NCBI GenBank assembly: GCA_963700245.1
Contig: CAVOWV010000011.1
Span: forward strand, 99,405-163,404
Direction of reading: 5' to 3'
Source: an uncultured Chloroflexia bacterium
GTDB taxonomy: Bacteria > Chloroflexota > Limnocylindria > Limnocylindrales > CSP1-4
DNA: 64,000 nt
The stretch's first letter is position 1, and every line of letters starts with the position of its first letter. This document shows, piece after piece, positions 21,882-31,642 of this stretch. The notes beneath the pieces were generated by a model. It was not told the origin of the DNA and searched no databases. It saw only the letters and a program-made list of their open reading frames with translations. A program made the position numbers and the translations under genes.

Positions 21882-22391
21882 TCAGCCCGGCAGCGGCTCC
21901 ACGTTCGAGGGATCCGCGAGAACCGCGTCGGTCTGGGCCGCCCGGTACGCCTCCAGGCGCACCGCCAGCCCCTCGTCGCCCAGGGCGAGGATCGCCGCCG
22001 CCAGGAGTGCCGCGTTGTCCGCGTTGCCGATGGCGACCGTCGCGACCGGGATCCCGCGCGGCATCTGGACGATCGAGAGCAGCGAGTCCAGCCCGCCAAG
22101 GTGCTGGGTGGGGATCGGCACGCCGATGACGGGCAGGCTCGTCTTCGCGGCCAGCATCCCGGGCAGGTGGGCGGCCCCGCCCGCCCCCGCGACGATCACC
22201 CGGATCCCGCGGCCCCGCGCCGTCTCCGCGTAGCGGAACAGGTGGTCCGGCGTCCGATGGGCAGACACGACCCGCAGCTCGCACGGGACCCCAAGCGCAT
22301 CCAGGACGGCGACGGCCTTCTCGAGCACCGGGAAGTCCGACCGGCTCCCGCCCACGATGCCGACCAGCGGACCCGTTCCCGTCTCGCCCAC
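21882..22391 (-). CDS. purE: N5-carboxyaminoimidazole ribonucleotide mutase
   Basis: GTG start 5 nt after purK stop; [18 protein letters not shown]...[15 protein letters not shown]. Confidence 0.9.
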   Translation of the reverse strand: MGETGTGPLVGIVGGSRSDFPVLEKAVAVLDALGVPCELRVVSAHRTPDHLFRYAETARGRGIRVIVAGAGGAAHLPGMLAAKTSLPVIGVPIPTQHLGGLDSLLSIVQMPRGIPVATVAIGNADNAALLAAAILALGDEGLAVRLEAYRAAQTDAVLADPSNVEPLPG

Positions 22392-22396
22392 CCTGC

Positions 22397-24163
22397 TCAG
22401 TCCTCCCAGCTCAGCGCCGCGCGGGCGACGCGCGCCCGGGCCAGCGCCTCCTCCGCGTCCGTGCCGACGACCGTGACGTGGCCCATCTTGCGCCGCTCGA
22501 AGACCCGACGCTTGCCGTAGACGTGGACGTGGGCGCCCGGGTCGGCCAAGGCGACCTCCATCCCCGCCAGGCGGGCGTCGCGGTCGGCCCCCGTTCCCAG
22601 GAGGTTGACCATCGCGGCGATGCCGTGCGGCGCCACCGACCCCAGCGGCAGCCCGAGGATCGCCCGCAGGTGTTGCTCGAACTGGGACGTCGCCGCCCCC
22701 TCGATGGACCAGTGGCCGCTGTTGTGCACCCGTGGCGCCAGCTCATTGATCATCAGCCCGCCGCCCCGGAGCTGGAACAGCTCCACGGTCAGCACCCCGA
22801 CCAGGTCCAGCCCGCGCGCGATGCTGTCCGCGACCTCGCGGGCATCGTTGGCGATGATCGGGTCGATGGGGGCGGGGGCGACGCTCTCGGCCAGGATCCC
22901 GGCGTCGTGGGTGTTGCGGGACACCGGGAAGGCGAGCGTCCGCCCTGTCCTGTCGCGCGCGCAGACGACCGAGAGCTCCGCCTCGAAGTCGATCTCGCGC
23001 TCCATCAGCAGGGGCCGGCCGTCCACGCCGCCCAGGGCCGCCACCGCGGCTGCCACCTCGCGATGAGCGGTGATCCTGACCTGCGAGCGGCCGTCATAGC
23101 CGCCGAGCGGGAGCTTGAGCCGGACCGGGTAGCCAAGGCTCTCCGCCGCCGCCTCCGCTTCCACCAGGCCTCGGACCTCGCGCCCTGGCGCGGCATGCTC
23201 GCCGATGTCGCGGATGAACCTCCGCTCCGCCAGCCGGTCCTGGGTGGCTCGCAGCGCGGCCAGGCCGGGGCGCAGCGGGGCCAGCTCGCCGGCGGCAGCC
23301 GCCGCCTCGAGGCCCACGTGCTCGAGCTCATACGTGACGACATCGCTCATCGCGGCCAGGCGACGCGCGGCCCCCACGTCGTCGTACCGCCCCACGATGA
23401 TCTCGTCGGCGACGGCGGCAGTTGGGCAGGCCGGGTCAGGGTCGAGGGCGATCAGCCGGTAACCCATGGCGCGCGCCGCGAACCCCAGCATCCGGCCCAG
23501 CTGCCCGCCGCCCAGGACGCCGATGGTGGCTCCCGGCGCCAGGGGCGTCGGCGCGTCGGCGGGACCCCGGCGGATCCCGAGGCGGTAGAGCGCATCGACC
23601 ACGAAGTCGCTCTTGCGCAGCGTGTACAGCTCACCCGGGTCCCCCTCCCGGGCCTCGGCCACGATCCGCTCCTTGGCCGCGGCGTAGGCATCGCGAAGCG
23701 CCGGGTCGGCGCGAAGGGCGTCCCGGAACAGCACCTGCTCGCGCAGCTCCCCGCGCGCCGGCGGCATCACGTGGCAGTGGATGCGGTATGGCGTGCCTTC
23801 GTGGTTCACGAGACCGGTCAGCATCGGCCGGGTCGGCGGGAACGGGGCGAGGCCCCCCTGGCGGCCGAACCCGAGCGAGAGCAGCGCCTCGACCAGGAGC
23901 GGGATCTCGTCCGGCCCCGCCTCGATCCCCAGGTCCACCACGTTCTTGCCGGGAAGGCCGGGGACGGCGGAGCTGCCGATGTGCTCCACGACGGTGCCCG
24001 GCCGCGCCGACGCGATCAGGCGGGCGACCTCGCGCGCGACCTCGACCGTCCGCGGATCCCACGGCTGGTACCTGGACGGGAGACGCTCGTAGGGACGGAT
24101 GGGCAGGTCCGACATCGAGGGCAAGTGTAGGCGAGCGCGCTCGACGATGCTCCGGGGCGTCAC
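22397..24163 (-). CDS. purK: fusion ORF: N-terminal GrpB/UPF0157 nucleotidyltransferase-like domain plus C-terminal N5-CAIR synthase (PurK)
   Basis: Residues ~17-215: [16 protein letters not shown]...[22 protein letters not shown] (GrpB); residues ~225-588: [22 protein letters not shown]...ATP-grasp...[17 protein letters not shown] (PurK); one uninterrupted 588-aa ORF. Confidence 0.8.
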   Translation of the reverse strand: MTPRSIVERARLHLPSMSDLPIRPYERLPSRYQPWDPRTVEVAREVARLIASARPGTVVEHIGSSAVPGLPGKNVVDLGIEAGPDEIPLLVEALLSLGFGRQGGLAPFPPTRPMLTGLVNHEGTPYRIHCHVMPPARGELREQVLFRDALRADPALRDAYAAAKERIVAEAREGDPGELYTLRKSDFVVDALYRLGIRRGPADAPTPLAPGATIGVLGGGQLGRMLGFAARAMGYRLIALDPDPACPTAAVADEIIVGRYDDVGAARRLAAMSDVVTYELEHVGLEAAAAAGELAPLRPGLAALRATQDRLAERRFIRDIGEHAAPGREVRGLVEAEAAAESLGYPVRLKLPLGGYDGRSQVRITAHREVAAAVAALGGVDGRPLLMEREIDFEAELSVVCARDRTGRTLAFPVSRNTHDAGILAESVAPAPIDPIIANDAREVADSIARGLDLVGVLTVELFQLRGGGLMINELAPRVHNSGHWSIEGAATSQFEQHLRAILGLPLGSVAPHGIAAMVNLLGTGADRDARLAGMEVALADPGAHVHVYGKRRVFERRKMGHVTVVGTDAEEALARARVARAALSWED

Positions 24164-24229
24164 TCGCCGCTCGGCCCCGGGCGCCCTGGGCGGCCTGCAG
24201 CGGCACCACCGGGCTCACCCTGCGCCGAT

Positions 24230-24296
24230 CCGGGCGCCAGGCGCACCAACGTTGCCGCGCAGCCCCGGGCTACGAAACGAACCGGGCGCCAGGCGC
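24230..24296. promoter_or_regulatory. two 15-bp direct repeats (ccgggcgccaggcgc) 52 bp apart in the divergent purK / response-regulator promoter region
   Basis: Exact duplicate 15-mers at ~24230-24244 and ~24282-24296. Confidence 0.35.
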
Positions 24297-24417
24297 TCGT
24301 GCCGTCGCGACGTGCGCCCGTTGGGGCGCTGGCCGCTCCGGGGGCGCAGGCGAGCCTCCACAATGCCCCGCGCCGCGAGGGGTCCGAGCGCCGGACCCCC
24401 GCTGTTATCCTCGCGCC

Positions 24418-25152
24418 ATGCTGCAGGGCGGACCCGGACCGTACGGCGTGAGGACCCCGCGGATCCTCATCGTGGACGACGACCCCAACCTGCTCGTCAT
24501 CCTCGCCGAGCAGCTCCGAGCAGACGGCTACGACGTCCAGACCGCTCGGGACGGCGACGAGGCCCTGCGCCGGCTGAACCAGGCCTGGCCAGACCTGCTC
24601 ATCATCGACATGCTGATGCCCCGCATGGACGGGCTCACGCTCGCCCGAGAGGTCAAGGCCCGCGCCGATCTCCCGATCATCGTCCTGTCCGCCATCGACA
24701 CCGCCGATTCCAAGGCGGACCTGCTCGACGAGGTGGCCGAGGACTACGTCACCAAGCCCTACCACTACCCGGAGCTCCGGGCGCGGGTCCAGCGGGTTCT
24801 CCGGCGCCTGGGCGATCGCGTTCCAAGGCAGCGCCTGGAGCTGGGGCCCAACCTGGCCCTCGAGCTGCATCGCCGCGTGGCGGAGGTGGCCGGCCAGCAG
24901 GTCACCCTCACCCCCACGGAATCGCGCCTGCTCTACGCCCTCGCCGCCAACCTCGGCCAGACCGTCACCACGGAGACCCTCCTGGTCCGGGGCTGGGCAG
25001 ACACCGAGGACGCCGATCCCAGCTATGTCTGGGTGACGATGCGCCGCCTGCGCCAGAAGGTGGAGGTGGACCCCAACAAGCCGGCCCACCTGCTGACGGT
25101 CCGGGGCATCGGCTACCGGCTGGTGGCCGCGGGATCGGCGCCGGCGCAGTGA
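24418..25152 (+). CDS. OmpR-family response regulator
   Basis: RILIVDDDPNLL...DLLIIDMLMPRMDG receiver; winged-helix C-term LTPTESRLLYALA...VRGIGYRL. Confidence 0.85.
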   Translation: MLQGGPGPYGVRTPRILIVDDDPNLLVILAEQLRADGYDVQTARDGDEALRRLNQAWPDLLIIDMLMPRMDGLTLAREVKARADLPIIVLSAIDTADSKADLLDEVAEDYVTKPYHYPELRARVQRVLRRLGDRVPRQRLELGPNLALELHRRVAEVAGQQVTLTPTESRLLYALAANLGQTVTTETLLVRGWADTEDADPSYVWVTMRRLRQKVEVDPNKPAHLLTVRGIGYRLVAAGSAPAQ

Positions 25153-25159
25153 CCACGCT

Positions 25160-26650
25160 GTGACACACGGGCGGGAACCCAGCAGCAGTGCGGGCGCTGG
25201 CTCCGGCGGCGACGGCCTCGGCCGCGAAGCCCCAGGCGCGGGTCCCGGCTACCGCGGCTCCGGCCTGGGCTTCCGGGCACGCCTGACGCTGGGGCTCATC
25301 GCGGCCGCCGTCATCCCGGTCGCGGGCTTCGGGCTGGTGGTCCTGCTGCTCGCCGGTCTGGAGCCGGAGACCGACGACGCCGTCGCCCGAGGCCTGCTGA
25401 TCGCGATCGTGATCTCGGTCGTGCTCGCGGTGGTGCTCGCGGGGCTCCTGGCGGCGAATCTCGCAGGGTCGCTGCGGGCGCTCACGCGGTCCATGGAGCT
25501 GGTCTCGGCGGGTGACCCCTCAGCCGGCCTGGAGCTCCCCGGCGACGACGAGATCAGCCGCCTGGCGGAGAGCCAGAACCGCCTGGCCCATGACCTTGCA
25601 CGCCGTACCCAGGAGCTGCGCCGGCTCCTGGACGCCATCCAGGCGATCACCCCCGATGAGACCCCCGCGGCCATCACGCGTCGGGCCGCCGAGGACGCGC
25701 GTGCCGCCTTCGGGATGATCGACTGCGAGGTGCTCCTCGTCGACCCGCGCGAGGTCCCCATCGAGGAGCTCGTCCCGGGCGAGCCCGTCCCCGTGCGCGC
25801 CGACCTCACCGTCGCCGGAACGACCCTGGGCGTCGTCACGGGCCACCTGCCCGCCACGCGTCACTGGGAACGCGCTGACCAGGACCTCCTGGACCTGTTC
25901 GCGATCGAGGTCTCCGCCGCGATCCGAAACGCCCAGCTGTACGCCCGCGTGGAGGCCCAGAACCGACGGCTCGTCGGCCTCGATGAGGCCAAGGACGACT
26001 TCCTGCGCGGCGTCTCCCACAACCTGCAGACCCCGCTGGCCAGCATCCGAGGCTACGCCCAGCAGCTGGCAACTGAGCGGCCCGACCGGCGGCTGGACAT
26101 CATGACCGAGCAGGTCGACCGACTCTCGCGCATGGTCCGCCAGCTCCTGACCGTCAGCCGCATCGAGTCCGGGGCGCTCCGTTCGCGGCTGGAGGTGTTC
26201 GCGCCCGTGCCGCGGGTTCGCCGCACGTGGGAGGCGCTGGGTGCCGCCGACGTCTCCTTCACCCTCGAGGACCGCTCCGAGGGTTGGCTGGCCCTGGGCG
26301 ACCCCGACCAGCTCGACCAGGTCCTGTGGGCCCTGCTGGACAACGCGGTGGGCTACGGCGGCCGGACGGCGATCGACACCGTGGTCGCCCTCGAACCCGA
26401 GACCACGGACCTCCTGATCATGATCACCGACCACGGCCCCGGCGTACCCGACGAAGACCGGGAGCGGCTGTTCGGCCGCTTCGAGCGTGGCACCGGCCGA
26501 CCGTCCGGCGAGGGTTCCGGCCTAGGCCTCTACGCCTCCCGCGCCCTGTGCCGCGCGATGGGTGGCGAGCTGGAGCTGGAGCCCTCGCGACCCGGTCGCG
26601 GTGCCACGTTCACGATCCGCCTGCCGGCGGAGACCCCCGATGAGTCGTAG
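25160..26650 (+). CDS. sensor histidine kinase (2 TM, HAMP, GAF-like, HisKA, HATPase_c)
   Basis: GTG start 8 nt after RR stop; H-box FLRGVSHNLQTPL; G-boxes DHGPGVPDEDRERLF, GSGLGLY; very short extracytoplasmic loop. Confidence 0.85.
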   Translation: MTHGREPSSSAGAGSGGDGLGREAPGAGPGYRGSGLGFRARLTLGLIAAAVIPVAGFGLVVLLLAGLEPETDDAVARGLLIAIVISVVLAVVLAGLLAANLAGSLRALTRSMELVSAGDPSAGLELPGDDEISRLAESQNRLAHDLARRTQELRRLLDAIQAITPDETPAAITRRAAEDARAAFGMIDCEVLLVDPREVPIEELVPGEPVPVRADLTVAGTTLGVVTGHLPATRHWERADQDLLDLFAIEVSAAIRNAQLYARVEAQNRRLVGLDEAKDDFLRGVSHNLQTPLASIRGYAQQLATERPDRRLDIMTEQVDRLSRMVRQLLTVSRIESGALRSRLEVFAPVPRVRRTWEALGAADVSFTLEDRSEGWLALGDPDQLDQVLWALLDNAVGYGGRTAIDTVVALEPETTDLLIMITDHGPGVPDEDRERLFGRFERGTGRPSGEGSGLGLYASRALCRAMGGELELEPSRPGRGATFTIRLPAETPDES

Positions 26651-26813
26651 CGACGATCGCGCCGGGCACATGACCCCTTCGTCGTCCCGACCAACACCCC
26701 TCGGCGTCCGGGTGGCGGTGAGCTGGCGACCGGGCCCGGTCGGGTCCCTGGACGTGTACAACGGTGAGACGATCGGCGTCCAACTGATCCGGTAGCGGGC
26801 TGGAGAAGCTCGC

Positions 26814-27551
26814 TCAGCGGATGCCCGTGTCGTAGGGGACGTCCAGCCAGGTCTCCGCGCCGCCGGTGACGGTGAACGGCGCCGGCGCCGGGCCGCTCAT
26901 GTAGCCCTCGACGGGGCCTGCCTCCAGGGTGTAGTCGCCGGGGGGCAGTGCCATCCGGAACAGGCCCGAGCCGTCCGTGGTGAAGCGGGCGACCTCGGTA
27001 CCGTCCGCGCCACGCACGACCAGCGAGGCACCCGAGACCATCCGGCCGGCACAGGACGGGTCGCCGGGCTGCTCGACGGGACAGGTCGGGCCACCGGTGG
27101 CGCGGCCCGCCACACCGGTTCGGTTCTGAGCGGATGCCTGGAGCGCGGCCAGCTGCTCCGGGGCGAGCGGCGATCCGTCCTCGCCGACGAAGGTGATCGT
27201 GCCGTCCTGGGCCACGTCCCAGGACCACGTGTGGCGGTCGATGCAGCCCGCCGGGCAGTCGCCCCAGCCGGTCTCGAAGACGACGCGCCAGCCGCCGTTG
27301 GTGGGTTCGGCGGTGAAGAACGAGGCCTGGCCGATCATGTCCGGGTTCTGGATGCCGAAGGTGTCGAACAGGGGCGCGCGCTCGCGGATGGCCTCGACGG
27401 CCCCCAGTCCGGACCCCACTGGACCTGGCGTGGCGCCCGTGACCGCGGACGAAGCGGCAGACCCGCCACAGGCGGCAGCCAGGAGCGCGACCAGGAGCGC
27501 GACAGACAGGCCGCGAGACCGGAAGAGGCGGGTGGGCGGCATGGGTGTCAT
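26814..27551 (-). CDS. secreted lipoprotein with C-terminal carboxypeptidase-regulatory-like beta-sandwich domain
   Basis: MTPMPPTRLFRSRGLSVALLVALLAAAC lipobox; C-term ...GASLVVRGADGTEVARFTTDGSGLFRMALPPGDYTLEA. Confidence 0.5.
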   Translation of the reverse strand: MTPMPPTRLFRSRGLSVALLVALLAAACGGSAASSAVTGATPGPVGSGLGAVEAIRERAPLFDTFGIQNPDMIGQASFFTAEPTNGGWRVVFETGWGDCPAGCIDRHTWSWDVAQDGTITFVGEDGSPLAPEQLAALQASAQNRTGVAGRATGGPTCPVEQPGDPSCAGRMVSGASLVVRGADGTEVARFTTDGSGLFRMALPPGDYTLEAGPVEGYMSGPAPAPFTVTGGAETWLDVPYDTGIR

Positions 27552-27900
27552 GGGCGCGAGACGACGGGGAAGGACCATCGGTTCCCGGACATGAAACAGC
27601 GGGCTCGCGGTCCTGCCAATGCTCCTGGTCGGCCGGTGGTCCCGTATGTCCGGTGCCGCGAAGGTCTACCGGAACGGTGTGTCGGCCTGGTTCGGAGCCG
27701 GCGGTCGGTTTGCTCGTACCACGGGCCGCGAGCCTCGCGTGACCCAACCATCCCACGCCCGTCAATGGGCGCGGAGGGTCCAAGGTCCCGAATCAACGGG
27801 CCAATCCCACATGGCGCTGGCGCGCGTGCGCGCATCGGGTGGGGCGCAGCGGTTTGAGCCCAGTCGGGGCTAGGGCAGTGGCGCCGCCGCGGAGTCCCGC

Positions 27901-28779
27901 TCAGCCGACTCCCAGCCGACGGGCCCTGTCCCTCGCCCGGCGCTCGATGTCGTCCAACTTGCGGCGGATGGCCGCGGCCCGCTCCTCCTGTTCCACCAGC
28001 ATCCAGCGGAGCTCCTCCACATCTGCCTCCAGCGAATCCTTGGGGGCGCGGAGGAGCCGGCGATCTGGCGATCGCGGTGCCAGGAAGCCATTGGCGATGA
28101 AGCCGGTCAGGACCGAGAACAGCGCGATCCCGGCGAACAACAGGATCGTACCGATCACGCGCCCGGCGTCGGTGACGGGGTAGCGGTCGCCGTAGCCCAC
28201 GGTGGTGACGGTCACGAACCCCCACCAGATGGCGTCGGATGCGTTCTTGATGTTGCTGTCCGGGTTCGCCGACTCGACCAGGAAGATCGCCATGCCGGCG
28301 AATTCCACCACGATGAGCACCAGGAACACCGTGATCAGGAAGGTGGCCTGGGCACGTCCCCGGTCCACGTCCATGGCCATCTGCTCCGGTCCCCGCCTCC
28401 GCAACAGCGTGATGTTGCGGACCACTCGGAACGTCCGGAACACCCCGAGCATCGGGATGATCGAGAGCATGTCCGCCCACCCGAAATGCCGCACCAGGTA
28501 CACCCGCCGCGGTCGCGTGGTTCGGAGGCGGTACAGGAAGTCGACAAGGAACACCGGGACGATCATCAGGTCCACGAGGACCGCGACCTGCTGGATGGGG
28601 GCGCTGACCGGCAGGAGGACGATCAGCGTGTTGGCAATCGAGAGCAGCGAGACCAGCAGGACGAACAGCTCGTAGCCAGTCCCCTTCAGCTCACCGGTTT
28701 CCTCGTGCGCAGGGAGCGTCGCCGCCGTTCCGTCGCCGGTCTCCGCATCGCTGTCCGTCATCGCGCTGCCGTCTGTCAT
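27901..28779 (-). CDS. voltage-gated potassium channel (6TM, Kv-like)
   Basis: S4 with spaced Arg (FRTFRVVRNITLLRRR); canonical selectivity filter TVTTVGYGD. Confidence 0.8.
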   Translation of the reverse strand: MTDGSAMTDSDAETGDGTAATLPAHEETGELKGTGYELFVLLVSLLSIANTLIVLLPVSAPIQQVAVLVDLMIVPVFLVDFLYRLRTTRPRRVYLVRHFGWADMLSIIPMLGVFRTFRVVRNITLLRRRGPEQMAMDVDRGRAQATFLITVFLVLIVVEFAGMAIFLVESANPDSNIKNASDAIWWGFVTVTTVGYGDRYPVTDAGRVIGTILLFAGIALFSVLTGFIANGFLAPRSPDRRLLRAPKDSLEADVEELRWMLVEQEERAAAIRRKLDDIERRARDRARRLGVG

Positions 28780-28998
28780 CGCAGTGTGGTCCGCTCCTTG
28801 AGGACATCGTTCAGACCGGCATTGTATGGCCGGGGATCGGGTGGCAGCGGAGGCCTGCGCGGCAGTCTGGGGCGCTCCGTCGGCTCTCCGGCTGGGTTCT
28901 CAGACGGTTCGGAGAATCGGTCGGCAGGATGGCGGTCCAGGGTCGAGCACACCGGCCCGCACGGGCCACGGGGTCCGTGGCACCGCACGGAGGTCGAG

Positions 28999-29868
28999 AT
29001 GACCGAACCCAACGACATCGTCTTCATGGAGCCGGTCGAAGCCGAGCCCGTCGAACCCCGGAAGCCGGCGCCGAACGGCGGCGGCCCCGGCCGACAGTCC
29101 ACCCCCGTCCGCGTCGGCGTCGTCGCGGGAACCGCCCTGCTGGTCGTCCTCGGTGCGGCCGTGGCGATGGGCGCCTCACCGGCTCCGTCGACCGCACCCG
29201 GTGCATCAGCAGCTCCGGGCGCCAGCGCGGTACCGGGCGTCAGTGGCGTCGACAAGGACGGCGGTCGAAGCTTCGGCATGCGCGGCGGTGACGTCGGCAT
29301 GCGCGGCGGCGGCTCCCGCGACATCACGATCGCCTCGATCAGCGGCTCGAGCCTGTCGCTCAAGACGGACGATGGCTGGACCCGGACCATCACCCCGACC
29401 AGCGCCACCACGATCACCAAGGCCGGCGCCACGATCACCGCCTCGGATCTCGAGGTCGGCGACCAGATCGTCTTCAGCCAGACCAAGCAGACCGACGGGA
29501 CCTACACCATCGACGCGATCCGCGTGGTCCTGCCGCATGCCGGCGGGCAGGTCTCCGCCGTGAGCGGCAACACCATCACGGTCACCGAGCGGGACGGAAC
29601 CACCGCCACGATCCACGTCGACAGCACCACGACCTACCAGGTCGAGGGCGTGACCAGCGCAACCCTCTCCGACATCAAGGTCGGCGACTTCGTCGTGGCG
29701 CAGGGCGAGCTGCGGACGGATGGCTCGCTCGACGCCTCCACGGTCGCAAGCGGCTTCCGCGGCGGTCCCGGCAAGGGCGGCCACGGCCACGGCATGGGGC
29801 CCGACGACCTGAACAGCGGCGACGCGGCGCCCAGCGCCTCGCCTTCCGCGACCACCACGCCGGGCTGA
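28999..29868 (+). CDS. membrane-anchored repeat protein (DUF5666-like beta-rich repeats)
   Basis: ATG with ggagg RBS; single TM (VGVVAGTALLVVLGAAVAMG) then repeats ...ITKAGATITASDLEVGDQIVF.. / ..VEGVTSATLSDIKVGDFVVAQG; Gly/His-rich tail. Confidence 0.5.
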   Translation: MTEPNDIVFMEPVEAEPVEPRKPAPNGGGPGRQSTPVRVGVVAGTALLVVLGAAVAMGASPAPSTAPGASAAPGASAVPGVSGVDKDGGRSFGMRGGDVGMRGGGSRDITIASISGSSLSLKTDDGWTRTITPTSATTITKAGATITASDLEVGDQIVFSQTKQTDGTYTIDAIRVVLPHAGGQVSAVSGNTITVTERDGTTATIHVDSTTTYQVEGVTSATLSDIKVGDFVVAQGELRTDGSLDASTVASGFRGGPGKGGHGHGMGPDDLNSGDAAPSASPSATTTPG

Positions 29869-29964
29869 TCTCCGGTCCGCTCGCAGAGCCTTCCGGACGC
29901 GGCGCGGCTGCCCTCTGGGCCGCGCCGCGTTCGTGTGTCTGGGGCTGGCCGACCGGGAACCGAC

Positions 29965-31635
29965 TCAAGCCACGGGCGGGACCCTCGGCGCACCACCGGG
30001 CACGCCGTGCCCGGCCGCCAGGAGCCGATACGAGGCGAGCTGCCCGGTGGTGTCCGCCTCGCTCCAGCCGAGCAGGTCCGCCGCGATGGTGGCGGCAGCC
30101 GGTGCGGCGGCCAGTCCGTGGTCGTCGCTGAACAGCAGGAGCCCGGTGCGCCGGTCGAGGATGTCGGCGAGCGTGAGCGCCATCCCCTGGTCCGCGGCCA
30201 GCTTCACCTCGCCGCGCACCGCCGCTGAGCCCGGCGCGAGCGGCTCGAGCCAGGCCGGATCGGTTTCGCCCAGCCGGAGGAGGTCAGCCGCCTGGGCACC
30301 GTAGAGCCAGGTGATGCGCTCGGCGGCGGCCGGCGACACTCCGCGGGCGGCAAGCGCCGCCTCGGTGGCGCCGCGGAAGGCATCGAAGTCCTCACCCCCC
30401 AGCTCGGCACCCGGCAGCGGGACCACGGCGGTCCGTTCGCCATCGCCGAGCTCGCGACCGAGCTCGCGGCCGACGTGCTCCAGAACCCGTTCGCCCATCC
30501 GCCGATAGGTCGTCAGCTTGCCGCCCACGATCGTGAGCAGGCCCTCGGGGCTTCGCCAGACCTCGTCGTGGCGGGACGTGTCGCGCGGCACCTTGCCCTC
30601 CTCCGCGATGAGCGGGCGCAGGCCGGCCCAGGTCGCGACGATGTCGGCGTCGGTGAGCTGGAGCGAGGGGAAGCAGTCCTGCGTCATCCGCAGGACGTCG
30701 TCCACCGCCGCTCGATCGGCCACGGGCTGGTCGAGGCGACCCTGGTACGCCTCGTCCGACGTCCCGACATACACGTAGCTCCAGCGCCGGATCGCGAAGC
30801 CCTCGCGCCCCGCCGGCGACTTGAGGGCCACGGCCCCCTGGAGCGGCAGGCGCTCCGCGTGGAAGAGGAGGTGGATGCCCTTGCTGGGCAGCACGTGCTT
30901 CGGCGCGGGCGAGTCGCCGAGGGCGATGGTCTCCTCCGCCCAGGGCCCCGTGGCGTTCACGACCACGGCCGCCCGGACGTCGCGGGTCGAGCCGTCGAGC
31001 TCGTCCCGGACGCGGGCACCAACCAGCCGCCCGTCCTCCACGAGGAACGCGGTCACGGCTGCGTAGTTGGCCACGAGCGCACCGTGCCGCGCCGCGGAGA
31101 TGGCGTTCTCCAGCGTGAGTCGAGCGTCGTCGGTGATGTACTCCATGAACTGGAAGCCGCCGGTCAGCGGCTCGCGGAGCGCGGGGACAAGCTCGCGGAT
31201 CTCGCCCGCCTTGAGCACGCGGTGCCGCTGGTGCGGCGCCGAGCCCGCGAGCTTGTCGAACATGGTGAAACCGACCCGCATCTTGGCCGTGCTGTCGCCC
31301 TTGAACAGGGGGAACACGAACGGCAGCGGGTGCACCAGGTGCGGGGCGATGGTGCCCAGCACCTTGCGCTCGTGAGCCGACTCACGGACGAGGGCCACGT
31401 CCCCATAGGCGAGGTAGCGGACCCCGCCGTGTACCAGCTTGGACGACCGGCTGGAGGTCCCCGACGCGAAGTCGGCCTTCTCGACGAGGCCGACGGCGAG
31501 CCCGCGCAGGGCCGCGTCGCGGGCCAGGCCGCAACCCGTGATCCCGCCTCCGATCACGAGCAGGTCGAGTGGCTGGCCGGCCATGGCCCCGAGCGCGGCG
31601 AGGCGCTCGGGGCGGCCGAAGGGCTGGCTGCTCAT
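29965..31635 (-). CDS. glpD: FAD-dependent glycerol-3-phosphate dehydrogenase
   Basis: LDLLVIGGGITGCGLARDAALRGL FAD motif; SSRSSKLVHGGVRYL; C-terminal GlpD helical domain. Confidence 0.85.
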   Translation of the reverse strand: MSSQPFGRPERLAALGAMAGQPLDLLVIGGGITGCGLARDAALRGLAVGLVEKADFASGTSSRSSKLVHGGVRYLAYGDVALVRESAHERKVLGTIAPHLVHPLPFVFPLFKGDSTAKMRVGFTMFDKLAGSAPHQRHRVLKAGEIRELVPALREPLTGGFQFMEYITDDARLTLENAISAARHGALVANYAAVTAFLVEDGRLVGARVRDELDGSTRDVRAAVVVNATGPWAEETIALGDSPAPKHVLPSKGIHLLFHAERLPLQGAVALKSPAGREGFAIRRWSYVYVGTSDEAYQGRLDQPVADRAAVDDVLRMTQDCFPSLQLTDADIVATWAGLRPLIAEEGKVPRDTSRHDEVWRSPEGLLTIVGGKLTTYRRMGERVLEHVGRELGRELGDGERTAVVPLPGAELGGEDFDAFRGATEAALAARGVSPAAAERITWLYGAQAADLLRLGETDPAWLEPLAPGSAAVRGEVKLAADQGMALTLADILDRRTGLLLFSDDHGLAAAPAAATIAADLLGWSEADTTGQLASYRLLAAGHGVPGGAPRVPPVA

Positions 31636-31642
31636 GCCGGCC

